DNA of 60,291 nucleotides, filler included, from Sphacelaria rigidula (Eukaryota), in assembly GCA_964200075.2 (NCBI GenBank). It is 9 parts of 9 records of this genome, joined end to end, with 100 filler letters (N's around TTAATTAATTAA, not from the genome) between each part and the next. Parts side by side here need not be neighbours in the genome. Positions count along the whole stretch, not along the records: positions 6,712 to 13,322 come from CAXNAA020019075.1; positions 13,423 to 20,033 come from CAXNAA020019076.1; positions 20,134 to 26,744 come from CAXNAA020019077.1; 6 more parts are not named here. One strand, 5' to 3'. The position numbers and the translations under genes were made by a program. The notes under the pieces are model-generated. The model was given only the letters and a program-made list of their open reading frames with translations. It was not told the origin of the DNA and ran no database searches. Position 1 is the stretch's first letter. Each line of letters starts with the position of its first letter. This document shows positions 12,225 to 23,800 of the stretch, piece after piece.

Positions 12225-12790
12225 TTCATGTTCGGGCTGTGTTATGGTAGGTTCAAGAAGAAGGAGGGTTGGCTGATCCGCGCCGTGTTATGGTAGGCTA
12301 AATAAAAAGGAGAGCCAGCTTCTTCATTTCATGTCTATGTCCGGGCTGTGTTATGGTAGGTTATAGAAAAAGGAGGGTTAGCTTCTTTATTATATATCCA
12401 TGTCCGGGCTGTGTCATGGCATGTTACAGAAAAAGGAGGGTTAGCTTCTCTATTCTATGTCCAGGCTGTGTTATGGTAGGTTAAAGAAAAAGGAGGGCCA
12501 GCTTCCTTATTTCATGTCTATGTCCGGGCTGTGTTATGGTAGGTTACAGAAAAAGGAGGGTTTGCTTCTCTATTTTGTGTCCATGCCCGGGTTGTGTTAT
12601 GGTAGGTTATAGAAAAAGGAGGGTCAGCTATTTAATTCCGTGTCCATGTCCGGGCTGTGTTGTGGTCGGTCGAAGAAAAAGGAGGGTTAGTCTCTATATT
12701 TCCATGTCTATGTCCGGGCTGTGTTATGGTAGGTCAAAGAAAAAGGAGGGTTAGCTTCTCTATTTTATGTCTATGCCCGGGCTGTGATAT
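12225..12790. repeat. About 63-bp tandem repeat array (about 9 units)
   Basis: The unit gtccgggctgtgttatggtaggttayagaaaaaggagggttagcttc... recurs at 12343, 12406, 12463, 12526, 12589, 12652, 12716 and 12779. Confidence 0.9.
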
Positions 12791-13927
12791 AGTATCGAAG
12801 AAGAAAAAATTTTTGGTATATCACGTCTGTATCCATTGTCTGTTTGTGTGTGTGTGTGTGTGTGTGCGCGCGGGGGGGGGGGGGGGGGAGACGTACATGA
12901 GGTTTGTAGGGGTCTTTTTGACCTTCGGGCCCGAACATTTTTTTGTACAGGGCCGTCCCGTNNNNNNNNNNTTTGTTGTTTTTTTTGTTGGTGTGTTGTG
13001 GTGGTGGGGGTGGGGGGGGGGGGGGGGGGGGGGGGGGGATGAATGCGTTACTCAGGTTTTTGCATGTCTGTTATGTCTCTCGGTCCGGAACTTTCCTTGT
13101 CCAGTGGCCGTCCCTGGTATATGTACGGTGACAGTCAGTACATTTCATGTCTAGGCTTTGGTGGCTTGTTTTACAGCGCCGCTCCCACTCGACGCCAACC
13201 CAAGAGTCAAAACGTTTAGGGGAGGGAAGGGGGGGGGGGGGGGGGCGCGCATTTTTTTTCTTTCTTTGTGTGGTTTGGCAATGGACGCCCCACTCCTTTT
13301 TGAGGAGGGCAGGGGGGGGGGGNNNNNNNNNNNNNNNNNNNNNNNNNNNNNNNNNNNNNNNNNNNNTTAATTAATTAANNNNNNNNNNNNNNNNNNNNNN
13401 NNNNNNNNNNNNNNNNNNNNNNCCTTTGAAAAACCGAGGCGGCGGAAATCCGGAACAGTATTTTGCAGGCCGTTTATCGGCCCACGTTTAGTGTTTGTGG
13501 GTTGAAACTTTGTGCGGGACCTTGCTAGGTCGTGATGAACCAAGAAAAATAGTTGAGGTTGGGTTTTATGTTGTTTTTTTTCACTGACTGTAGTACAAAT
13601 CTGCTTGTAGGCTGGCCCAGCCTGTAGGGGGAGAGAGGGGCAGGGCTTTTGCGAAGAAGCTACCACAACAGGAAAGCAGGAGCACTGCCATTTTTGTAAA
13701 GACGAACTTCCGACCCAACAGAAAGCTGACCACTTTTTTTTTTTTTTTACATCTTCCAATCTGGGGACGAAATCTGAAGAGCTGAGCCACACTTGAAAAT
13801 TTGAAAAACGAAAATATCTCCCTCTCCTTCACACACACGCACGCACTACGGGAACAATTTCCAATGGCCATGCACAAAAACCGATCTCAGTGCGTTGCAG
13901 GAAGCGACGACAATTCAACCATCTCAC

Positions 13928-14059
13928 CGCATACGCTGCCGAAATTTCCTTGAACTTTTCTGCAGCCTCCTCGTCTCCGCGGGTGCGGTCCGGGTGGTAC
14001 TTCAGCGCGAGCTTCTTGTAGGCCGTATTAATCTCCTTTTCGGTGGCAGTTCTCGACAC
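13928..14059 (-). CDS. Internal exon of a DnaJ/Hsp40 J-domain protein
   Basis: cag|[44 protein letters not shown]|gtgaga; canonical HPD motif; 132 nt, phase 0-0. Confidence 0.9.
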
Positions 14060-14212
14060 CTGCACCATCGGTACAAAGTAGTAAAAAAAAAAAACGCAAA
14101 AATGTTGATCCAGCGTTGACCCCGCCATGTACTACCAAGTTTTCATGTTGAGTTCATGGTTGCACAAGAGGAAAGCGCTCGCCCCAGGGTCGACGCTCAT
14201 AAGCGCAGGGTG

Positions 14213-14385
14213 ATGCGTGCACTGCGTCAAGTTGATAGGGGGTTCTAGTGGGTTCGACCCCCACAGTGCCTTGAGCAACGCTTTCCGAACGCTCAAGGCG
14301 CCTGCCCCACACGACTGCCGCGAGGCGGTCTAGCCGGGCCTCGGGGTAATCGGCACACGAAGCCGTTCGCGGGGTAAATGTTGCA
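14213..14385 (+). mobile_element. SINE-like family 4 (B-box-like gggttcgaccc; A-tailed in other copies)
   Basis: Similar to 51765-51981 (ends in poly-A) and to the reverse complement of 36219-36345. Confidence 0.6.
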
Positions 14386-15567
14386 CGGTTAGAACGAATC
14401 ATCATGACTACGAAACACGAAATCCACCATCTCTTCGGCCTGATCGCCCAAAAACGAGGGAAAAGTTGACCGCTGGTCCAAGGGGGTATGTATCCACGCA
14501 ACTTTTGCGCCATTCCACGTGTCTGGGCTGCATATACCTGGGTTGCAACGCTGAAAACAAAAGCCTAGGGATTGGTTCGTACGATTCGAATCAATTATAC
14601 TGGAACCAAGTAATTTCCAGACGAATCATTATTTGTCCGACCCTTGAAATGTTTGATGAGGCTTCCGCCTTCCTTCTGCGAAAAAAAAGAACGAGACGCA
14701 CGCGCATGACTTGGCTGTGCCGCACAAGGCTACACCTACAGCAGATGGCGAGATCCCACGTCATGATTAGGGTGGTCCGTGTACTGGGCCGGCCGGAAGA
14801 GCACAACCGAGGGTGTCTGGGTGTCTGAGGGTTCCGCATGGTCAACGCAAGTCGGTCTAACTGGACCTTCAGGGAAATCAATGCACGTGCCTCAACAATC
14901 AACAATATCAACAACGTTTGCGTGAGATTTAGAGTCTATACATAATGGTGTTGATTGGGAGGAGAGTGACTTTTTTCCTTCGCTCTGACTTGACCATTTT
15001 TTCATCCTGTGTGGGGCTTTTCTTTGCCTTCAACACTGTCGTTATTCTAGTCAAAGAAACCAGAGGCGTCAGTGGCGAGCCACTACAGAAAGTTTATCGA
15101 GCCTCGTGTGAAGCTCGGGGTGGATCGCTTCCCACTCTCAATCTTATCCTAGACCCTCAATCTGACGACAGCATCATGTATCGGGAAAAATGGTGGGTCA
15201 ACGTTTTCGTCCCCCTCACAACCTTCAACCTCCTGCCGCCTAAGAGCAACCACGTACCGTTGATAGCTATGGACAGGGAGCGACCTCGGTCGACCTCTCT
15301 GTTTTCGAAGACTTGGGCAAAAAAACGCGCGCTCAGACTCGTCCGCTCAGCCATGTCAGTATCACCTATAAGTAGCCTGCTGCATATTTATCGAAAAAAG
15401 CTACTGAACGCCAAAAAGTCCTTGTTTCGCCCAGCGGTGCGATCGGCGGGACTGTCACGGCGGACTCTCGGAACAGTATGCGTGGGCGGGAAGGGTTCTC
15501 CAGTGCTTCAGTATGAAGTCGAACTTCGATAATTCTAAGGTGCCCTCATATTTTAGGTACCCTCCAA

Positions 15568-15667
15568 CCCTTTGACCGCGAGGGTAGTCCAGATGGATTA
15601 TGGATACTTTAGTTCATGTGAAATTGATGCCGATTCAACATATGAACTACTATTGCTGGTCTAAGGG
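15568..15667. mobile_element. Degenerate copy of a piggyBac-like MITE
   Basis: ccctttgaccgcgagg ... ggtctaaggg termini and internal atgccgattcaaca are shared with 56680-56777. Confidence 0.65.
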
Positions 15668-16089
15668 TTGACACTCAGCACTTGCGGAATTCGATACTCC
15701 AGATACGTCTTGCGGAAAAATGGATACTGATGGTTCGGTGGGAATTCGAAGTAGCAGTCCACGTTGTGCCCTATCCTGACCGCCTTTCTTGTACCCTTTC
15801 CGCGCGAAGCGTTCAAGAAAAGGGCTTTGCCGCAAGAGCATTGCACGTGTACAGTCAGCGGCGTGTGCAAATTAATTCTCGGTTCGAACACCGGAGTATT
15901 TTCCGTTCCTTGAACAATAATAGTTCATTACTTCAGTAACAAACGCAGGGGAAAACTTATCGATGTGTATATATTGGTGAACACCGAAGATGGTGAAACA
16001 TATCTTTTGATCTGTATTGCAAGGGACAATAGATATTGCAAGGGTTGATCGATAGCCCATGGCAATTACGATATATTAATATCTCACCG

Positions 16090-16725
16090 GCCATCGATGG
16101 ACATCGTATCCCGCAATAGATTCTGGCATGCATCTATCGATAGCCATTGCCGTCATCAATAGATTCGGTGAGCCATCTATCGATAGCAATTGCCGTCATC
16201 AACTGATTTGGTGCGCCGTCTATTGGTAGCCTTTGTTGTTATCAATAGATTTGGTAAACAATTCATCGATAGCCTCTGCCGCCAACAATGGATTTTGGGG
16301 AATCTATCCATAGTCATTGCCGTCAACAATCGATTGTTCTAGGGAGCATCTATCGATAGCCAGTAACGCCAAACATAGGTTTTGATAAACATATTGCTCA
16401 CTGCAGTGGTTTCATGACGTCTTCGGCACTACCCCTCACACATCAACACGCAACTACCTGAAGCGATAGCTGGTCACAGCTTCTGTGGGATCAGGTGGGA
16501 ATATCCACTGAAAAATGTGCATACCTAGCTAGTGATCGCCGCGATTCAGCTCCCATCGCTGTCAGCAATAGATCTTGGTCGCCGCGATTCAGATCGCATT
16601 GTGACCAGCAATAGGCATTGGTGGGAGCCATTTAGACCCTATTGTGACCAGCAATAGGCATTGGTAGTCGCGTTGCAGATCCTACTGTGATTAGCGATAA
16701 AGATTAGTGGCCGCAATTCAGAGTC
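16090..16725. repeat. Two degenerate 43-bp tandem arrays (about 16090-16365 and 16534-16725); related units recur at about 17500-17665
   Basis: catctatcga-like starts at 16131, 16174 and 16217; tcgccgcgattcag at 16536 and 16579; attgtgacca at 16598 and 16641. All spacings are 43 bp. Confidence 0.8.
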
Positions 16726-17210
16726 GGTTGCAACAGAAAACTTGTATTGATAGACAACTTGGCCACTTCTTTGTCATATAATAGCATTGATACATTCTGT
16801 CTCTCGTCCCGAATCTATTCCCGCTTACAATAGCTATCGATAAACAGTGATACCATTCGATCATGACTGACAGTGAACATCGACAGTCAAATTTTCGGGG
16901 CTATTGCAGCGGCAACCTTCTATTACATAGTCTACTGTCCAGGGTATATGCATTCTTCATCCACGCACAAAAGTACTGGAAGTGCTCATGTCCATCAGAG
17001 AGATGACCCTTAGCACCAACACCACACCAACAACAAAATTCTTTCACTTTTGTCCACACATATTGCGGGCTTCTACAGTGTACAACCGTACCAATTTTGC
17101 AGAGTCGTGACGTCATAGTTTCACAAGTAGTATTATGTACCCACTGCATGTTTACCCGCGGCTTCTCTACCGTACTTCAAAAGAGTATAAAATGACTACA
17201 TATTTTTCAT

Positions 17211-17441
17211 ACCCTGGACAATATATGGTCAATAGTTGCAATAGACGAGAAATGTACTGCATGAAGTATAGGCCTGTTGCAACTATTGCCGGCCAACAAT
17301 AGTTGCAATAGACGAGAAATGTACTGCATGAAGTATAGGCCTGTTGCAATAATTGCCGGCCGACAATAGTCGCAATAGGTCTGTACTTTATGCAGTACGT
17401 TTGTTGTCTATTGCATCTATTGACCATATATTGTCCAAGGT
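17211..17441. mobile_element. Foldback (fully palindromic) MITE-like element with an internal tandem duplication
   Basis: cctggacaatatatggtcaatag...ccggccg...ctattgaccatatattgtccaagg. A second copy without the duplication lies at 60003-60162. Confidence 0.8.
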
Positions 17442-18996
17442 GACATTGTTGCAATGTGGCTGTGGCAATAGACGACAGAGAATATCTATCGGTAGGCATG
17501 GAATACCAAAGTAGATTCTGGTATGTATCTATCGATGTTCATTGCCGCCATGCATAGATTGTGTACGCAATCTATCAATAGCGGTTGCCATCATCAATAG
17601 ATTCGGTACACAATGTATCAATACATATCGCCGTCATCAACATATTTGGAAAGCTTTTCATCGATATATTCGGCCGGCGGCAATAGTTTGGGGTGTAGAG
17701 CCACAACAGACTGCTGCTCGAGCTATAGTGTGGGAAACGGGTCTACTACGAGAGATTGCCGACAATAGTATAGAGAAACATGTCCATCGATAGCCATTAC
17801 GAACGACAATATTGGCATCTACTTCGGCAGATTCCATCGCTGTTGCCTTAGATGTCGTCTATTGTGCAGGGTGTGAAATTGAGGCATTTTCACACATGAC
17901 AAACGACGACGTCAATAAGCAGAACACACGTACCAGTGCGTCCAAGTTTCAAGCTAGGCGTGTACACGGTAGCAAAGCACTACTCTTCGTCATACATGTC
18001 ATCACATAGACATAAACCTGATTCGTATAGCTTCCATCCTTCGTTTCCTTCTGTTGTGTGTTTTCATTCAACAATATTTCCGCTCTTCCGTCAGACCTTC
18101 TGGCCTGAAGCCACGCAGCAGGTTTCCATTTGGGACTCATACTACGTCTCATTCATCTTGGTATTCATATTATTCTTCTTCCTTTCCTTTATTTTTTCTC
18201 CATTTTTTCTTCCCGTTCATCAGTTCGGCTAGATCAACAGTGACACTGATCCCCCCTATCTTGCTCTTACTGGCTGTTACGTTTTTCCCTGGCCTGTGGT
18301 CTTCCGACGTTCCCTGGCAGTGCTTATGAACATGCTTTACTGTATCATTGAGTTTCATCGCTTACTCCTTTTTTATTCGCACAGACACCAACTGCTCACG
18401 CGTATTCACCAATCGCTCGGCCTTGCTCCTCTACACGCAGAAGTCTTTATTGTTTGACTAGAATCCCCTTCAGTTCTTGAGGGAGGGTGGCCGCGTACGT
18501 GTCAGTAACGACCGAAAACGGGCCGCTGCTGATCCTCATGTGTGGGTATTTTCGACGCGCGTCTGACACAAACTACTGTTTCTCGTTGACTTCTGGGCAG
18601 GTTTCACCAAAGGAAAGCACAACGTGCTCGGCTGACCAGCAGCTACAGCTTGCGCTGTGTGTTTCCTCCTGTTCGCGGATAATGTGTAGCTGTCAGTTTC
18701 ATGCGTTCGGTTGTGAGTCACGGCTCTGCACGTGCTCCTGCGGTTGCGACGCTCATGTTCTCTTCCGAGCAAGCGAATCGTCTGTCAAGCAAATCGATCT
18801 AAACAAAACTCCAAAACTAGTTCATCAAACCTTGTTGGCACGGATAGTTCTTCTTCTGGTGTTATTTGGGGGGTGGTATCGCACCGATCAATCACGGGGG
18901 ATGGACAGAAGCAGATTTTGAGCAAATACATGTTTCTGCCTCGATAAGACATGAATCCGTGTCTTGGGGCATGTCTTATGTCTTGTTAATAGCACA

Positions 18997-19940
18997 TTAC
19001 TTTTCGATCCAAAAGGTGTGGCGGAAAAAACAAAATTTCAATCTTAATAGATCATCATCCACGGCATTCATGTTGAAATGAACATCTATCGGATCGGAAC
19101 TTTTGTTTTCCACAGCACGTTCTCGATTGAAACATAACTTGCGAAGACGCGGCCTAACGACGAGCGAAGATGAGTGGAGTAAACTAGGGATGGTGGTGGG
19201 CGAGGGGTTACCCTTGTCCATGCCCAGAGTATGACGACACTCCGGTGAAGGGGATGAACGATGACCCCGGGTTACGATACACTCTGTCCACGAGAACATT
19301 GTAGGGCAGTCCCGCGCCAAAATAGAAAGTAGAACGTATCAGAATGCCGTCACTATATTTGTTCATGCCAGCACTTGGTCCGCATTCAAAACTTATTGCA
19401 CATTTCTTACTGCGGGAGGAGTCACCACCGTGGAACTCGGTGCACCAATCGGATACAACACAGACAGCATGTGCAGCAGTCGACGGCACGTCCAGGAGTG
19501 CAAGCAAGTTAAACAAAGTGTTTATTCAGATTGTCGGCACTACCGGCGGTACGCCCTCAAAATGGTCATTACGCCCTCAAAATGGTCATCTCGCAGCCCA
19601 GAGTTCATACACCGTGAGTAAATTGCATATCTCGACACGCCGATGCGCCCACTTGCACATGATGAGCACGTTGAGGGGTGCTGTGCTCGCAAGCAATGAT
19701 AGATCTGAATTGGGATACCCTCTGGGTAATGACAATCTGCACAAAGTCGGTCAGTCCTCGCCTGCAGAGGTGCCCAGTTCGGGAGGCACGGTCGTACGCA
19801 CACTGTTGGCGTTACAACGCGCTGAAACTTCGGCCCACATGTCATGTAAACCATACTCATAGTCAACAGCCTCAGATCGTCTAACAACTCCATCTGCCTC
19901 GATCTGAAGTCGCACGTTGCAGTAGTGCGCGACAAGGTGA
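18997..19940 (-). pseudogene. Decayed PIF/Harbinger-ISL2EU-type (DDE_Tnp_4-like) transposase
   Basis: Successive minus-strand frames give LLDDLRLLTMSMVYMTCGPKFQRV (HTH-like), VCVVSDWCTEF (cf. IIDCTE), SDG...NVLVDRVY (cf. VLADRGF) and FNRERAVENKS...RLKF, in the expected order. Motifs recognised by eye only. Confidence 0.55.
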
Positions 19941-20838
19941 ACAAAGGTCAGAGTCTGTTCCGAAACAGGTTCACTTGGGGGGGGGGGGGGGGGAAGCCCT
20001 CATTGAATCTCATACGATGAAAATGACATCCCTNNNNNNNNNNNNNNNNNNNNNNNNNNNNNNNNNNNNNNNNNNNNTTAATTAATTAANNNNNNNNNNN
20101 NNNNNNNNNNNNNNNNNNNNNNNNNNNNNNNNNCCCCCCACACCCCCCCCCGCCCAGCCCAACTGTTGTCTGTGGCCCCCCTCCCCCCCCCCCCCCCCCT
20201 CCCGTCCAAAGAGAAGGAATGTATTTGCGGGTAAGAGTGCAGCCCCCGGATTTCAGTTGGATGGAGGGCTCTCGGACGAAGGCTACAGCTGCAGTCATGT
20301 CGAAATTATGTGTAATGTCACCGAGTGTGCTACTACAGTACTACACTCTAGGTGTTCCCACTTTTGAAAAATTGTGTCGTACTGTTTGATGTATCCCCTC
20401 CCCTCTCCCCCCTCGCCCCTATCATAAGCTTTCCGCAAGATGGATGGGGTGAGTCATGGCCTCTGCAATCGGACGGATCCCTCTCACGCACGCACACAAC
20501 ATTATGACACAAGAACACTTGGGCACACTGGAGTATGACTCACAAAGATCTGTTCGTGTTTCAGTGAGACGATCACCCAGCTGAATTCCCGCCGAAAGAG
20601 TGGAACATGTATTAACGTCCAAGAGCTCTGTATTTTTGGTCACTTGGAGTCACGTGCAGGCAAGGAGTCCGCCGAATCTTGCAGGGGTGACACAAACTGT
20701 GTCTTGGCCACAACTTTGCAGGTTGACTTCCCAGATGCTCGGAACCTGAAAAATTAGAACGTGGGTCGCCCAGTGCGGCTGCTCGTTGGCGTTGTTGTCA
20801 ACTCATTCCCATGGCTTGCTCTTGTGTATCCTGTCCAG

Positions 20839-23800
20839 GCGTCGCGCAGAGAGCGGCGGATGCAGGCGTAACGCTGGTGTCCACCTCCTGGGTGTTCGAG
20901 TGCAAAAAGGTACAGTGTGAAGCTATGGAAACCCTGGAGCAATCGAGGACTGTGCACAATATCTAGAGCAATTCACCGCGTTTTGTAAAATACAAGCTTG
21001 ATTCACGGAAGAAATATGATACTGTTGTGCCAATCTTGTCTATCTGGGCGCAAGGCTGTTGTTCGGAACACTATCAAGCCCTCCTCTTGTCACTGTTATT
21101 TTAACAAATTTTGACTCCTCCCTGAAGAATCCAGCCGCGATCACTAGATGCACGAACTCACGGTATATGACGTTATACGTCGAAATATTTATCTTATATA
21201 TATATATTTTTTTTTTCACACTTTCAACGCCTCCCATTGCTCCCTTTCCTCGGAACGAGTCCGTGGTCTGAAGGGAGGGACCAATCCATCTATGCCCCAG
21301 GAGCTGCCTTACATTTTGGTGTGCCGGATTGAGTAAGCACTATCGCACCGCGTCGACCCGCGCCATGTACTGTAGACTCCCTCCGTTCGTCACGTCCTTA
21401 CGCTGTCAAATGCAACCACGGAAACCAAGGCACTTTTCATGACAGAATCTCCCAGCAATTTAAATCCCAATTCTTGCGGGCTAATTGGTATAGATTTGTA
21501 CAAATTACAATACCGCTTTTGCTTTAGCTTGACCTCTTGCGCTGGAAGCCTATTGCGCCTCATCCCTCTTCGGAAAGAAACAAGGTGTGTGCGTGTATGT
21601 TGTATCATGTGGTCCCATGTATTCTGGACGCCGGTCTACACCTGCCGGTATATGTGGATGTGTCAGCCGGAATCACGAAGACGACGGTCAACATACGTCG
21701 TGAATTTTTTATTTCATTATTTTATTTTGTTTCAGTGCTTCAACTTCCTCCTTGCTTGCCCTAATTTATCGGGAAAAGGTTTCAGCGGTCCGTTTCCCTC
21801 GTCGACAGTGAAGTCAAACTTTGTGTACCCGCGACATGTTCGCTCTGCACTGTTGGGCGTGACAAAGTACACACACGAAATATTATATTTTTTCTCCTCC
21901 ATGTACCCGTTCTGTGCTTCGACAGGAGGGACCTCTCCCGTTGGAGGATGACCACCGCAGCACTTTCAAGTACGTTCCACAATTTCTGTCCGAGGACGGA
22001 AATAAGAAAGGGAAAGGGAAGGTACGTTGCACGACGGGAGCCTCAGCCATGGAACCCATCCCTTTCGAGACGTAGCACCATTCCTACTCGTAATAGAGAC
22101 AACTCCAACATTCTGGCGCTCATTACGTTTCTTCAAAAGCTCATTACGTTCCTTTCATACATCTCCTAGGAGGGGGGGGGAAGAGGGGTGACTGGTCGTG
22201 AAGGGACTATCCGTCCATTTAGTTCAACAAATGCTTGAGATGAGAATATGGTACCTTTTCACCTCCCGCCCCCCACCCACCCCTCCCGGGATGCGTCCGT
22301 GGTCGCCGTAAGTTTATACCGTTTTGTTTCCCGGTGTTTACCCTGCCCTTCTGTCGTCGAGTATCTGATGAGCAATATCCTGTGGTGCGTCGACGACTTC
22401 CATGGAAAGTTTTTGCTTTTATGTTGTTCATGTTGTCGTTGTTGTTGTTCTGTTTACATGAAGAACCGTTCCGATCCCTGCGGAGTACCTCCTAATTTCC
22501 GTACAGAGCGTCTGATGCCGACGCCTTCCGTGGTGGCAGGCTAACTACTAAGTACCCTTTTATCCCTCTATGTACATGTCTGTATTTTTATATCTGTACC
22601 TACAACCTGTTTACTGCTCGTGGCCACAGCTGAATTTGTGGTGGAGCAGTTGATGTGAGACAATCAGTCACCAGTCAGTCAATCAATGAGCAGTCGTCGA
22701 TCAATCACGGCGTCCAAACCTCGCGTGAGTCGTCCACGTCAATATCCTTCTCTATCTACACTTCGGGGTATATCTGTTTCCAACACGACCTGTCACGATT
22801 TATTTTTTACTCGTCCTCCCCCTCCCCTCCAATGCCTCACCGACGATACTCCCAAGACCTTCATGGAATGATGTCGGTACTTATTGAAAATATCATGCAC
22901 ATTACAGACCATGTCATTCGTGAGTACATTTGTGTAAAAAATGTATCCCGACATAAGTCGATGAGTAGCATATCTCTCGACTCTAGCAAGACACGTACCA
23001 CATACATGCACATTTTTACCCTTTTGGAAATCATTTCACCCGTTGTCCAGAAATCACTATTAAAGCGATATCAAGGCGACTGGAAGCCGCTCACTAGCTT
23101 CAGGTGTGTTCCAACGCACACAAACAGCTGTTTAGGTGAGCCGATCTTCTCTTGTACCCCTCTCCCAGCCGTCTTGTAAGGGGTGCGTGGTCAACAGTCC
23201 ACTGACTTGAGGCAGGCAACAAATGAGTACACCCCCCCCCCCACCACCACCACCCCCATATATATGGTGCGGCGAGGTCTGAACGAAACCTGAGAAATCA
23301 GCCGCCTCACTGGTGTTCCAATCCAATCACATAAGTTCGACTACTCTGACTCGCGGTAAACTCGTACTAAAAAAATTGAAAACACTGTAACTCCTCGCCC
23401 CCTCTCCAGGAACGTAAATTCAAGACTCGAATAAATTCACGTTCAGAAGTCTGACCACTTCTGGCATCCAAATTGCTTGGGTTTAGAGTACCTTCCTCTT
23501 TCCCCCACCCCACCTCACATCGACGTCAAAATGGACTTGAAGATGATTTTTCGGTGTTGAGTCAAAGTGAAGGGTATGCCGCCTCCTGCACGAGCTGTGA
23601 TATGTACTTGTTGCTCGCCCCCAACTCGTTGTCGTTGGTGGTGAACGGCACATGTACCTACCTTCGCTCCCCAGACGAAGCGCAAGACAGCGTTGGAGCC
23701 GGTGTGCCGCCAGTGGGAGCAAGTAGACGACGAAGGCCGGTGCTTCTCTAGTTCACAGCGGTAAGCCAACCTTCGCTCACGAGCAGCAAAGACACAGAAA

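Noticed and set aside
12225..12790. CRISPR-like array
   Set aside because: The variable parts are diverged copies of one another, not unique spacers; there are no cas genes and the context is eukaryotic.
14945..15532. 195-aa ORF
   Set aside because: No recognisable domain, no splice support and no codon-bias signal.
22350..22420. Hammerhead ribozyme around ctgatgag
   Set aside because: No GAAA core after the putative stem II and no closing stems.
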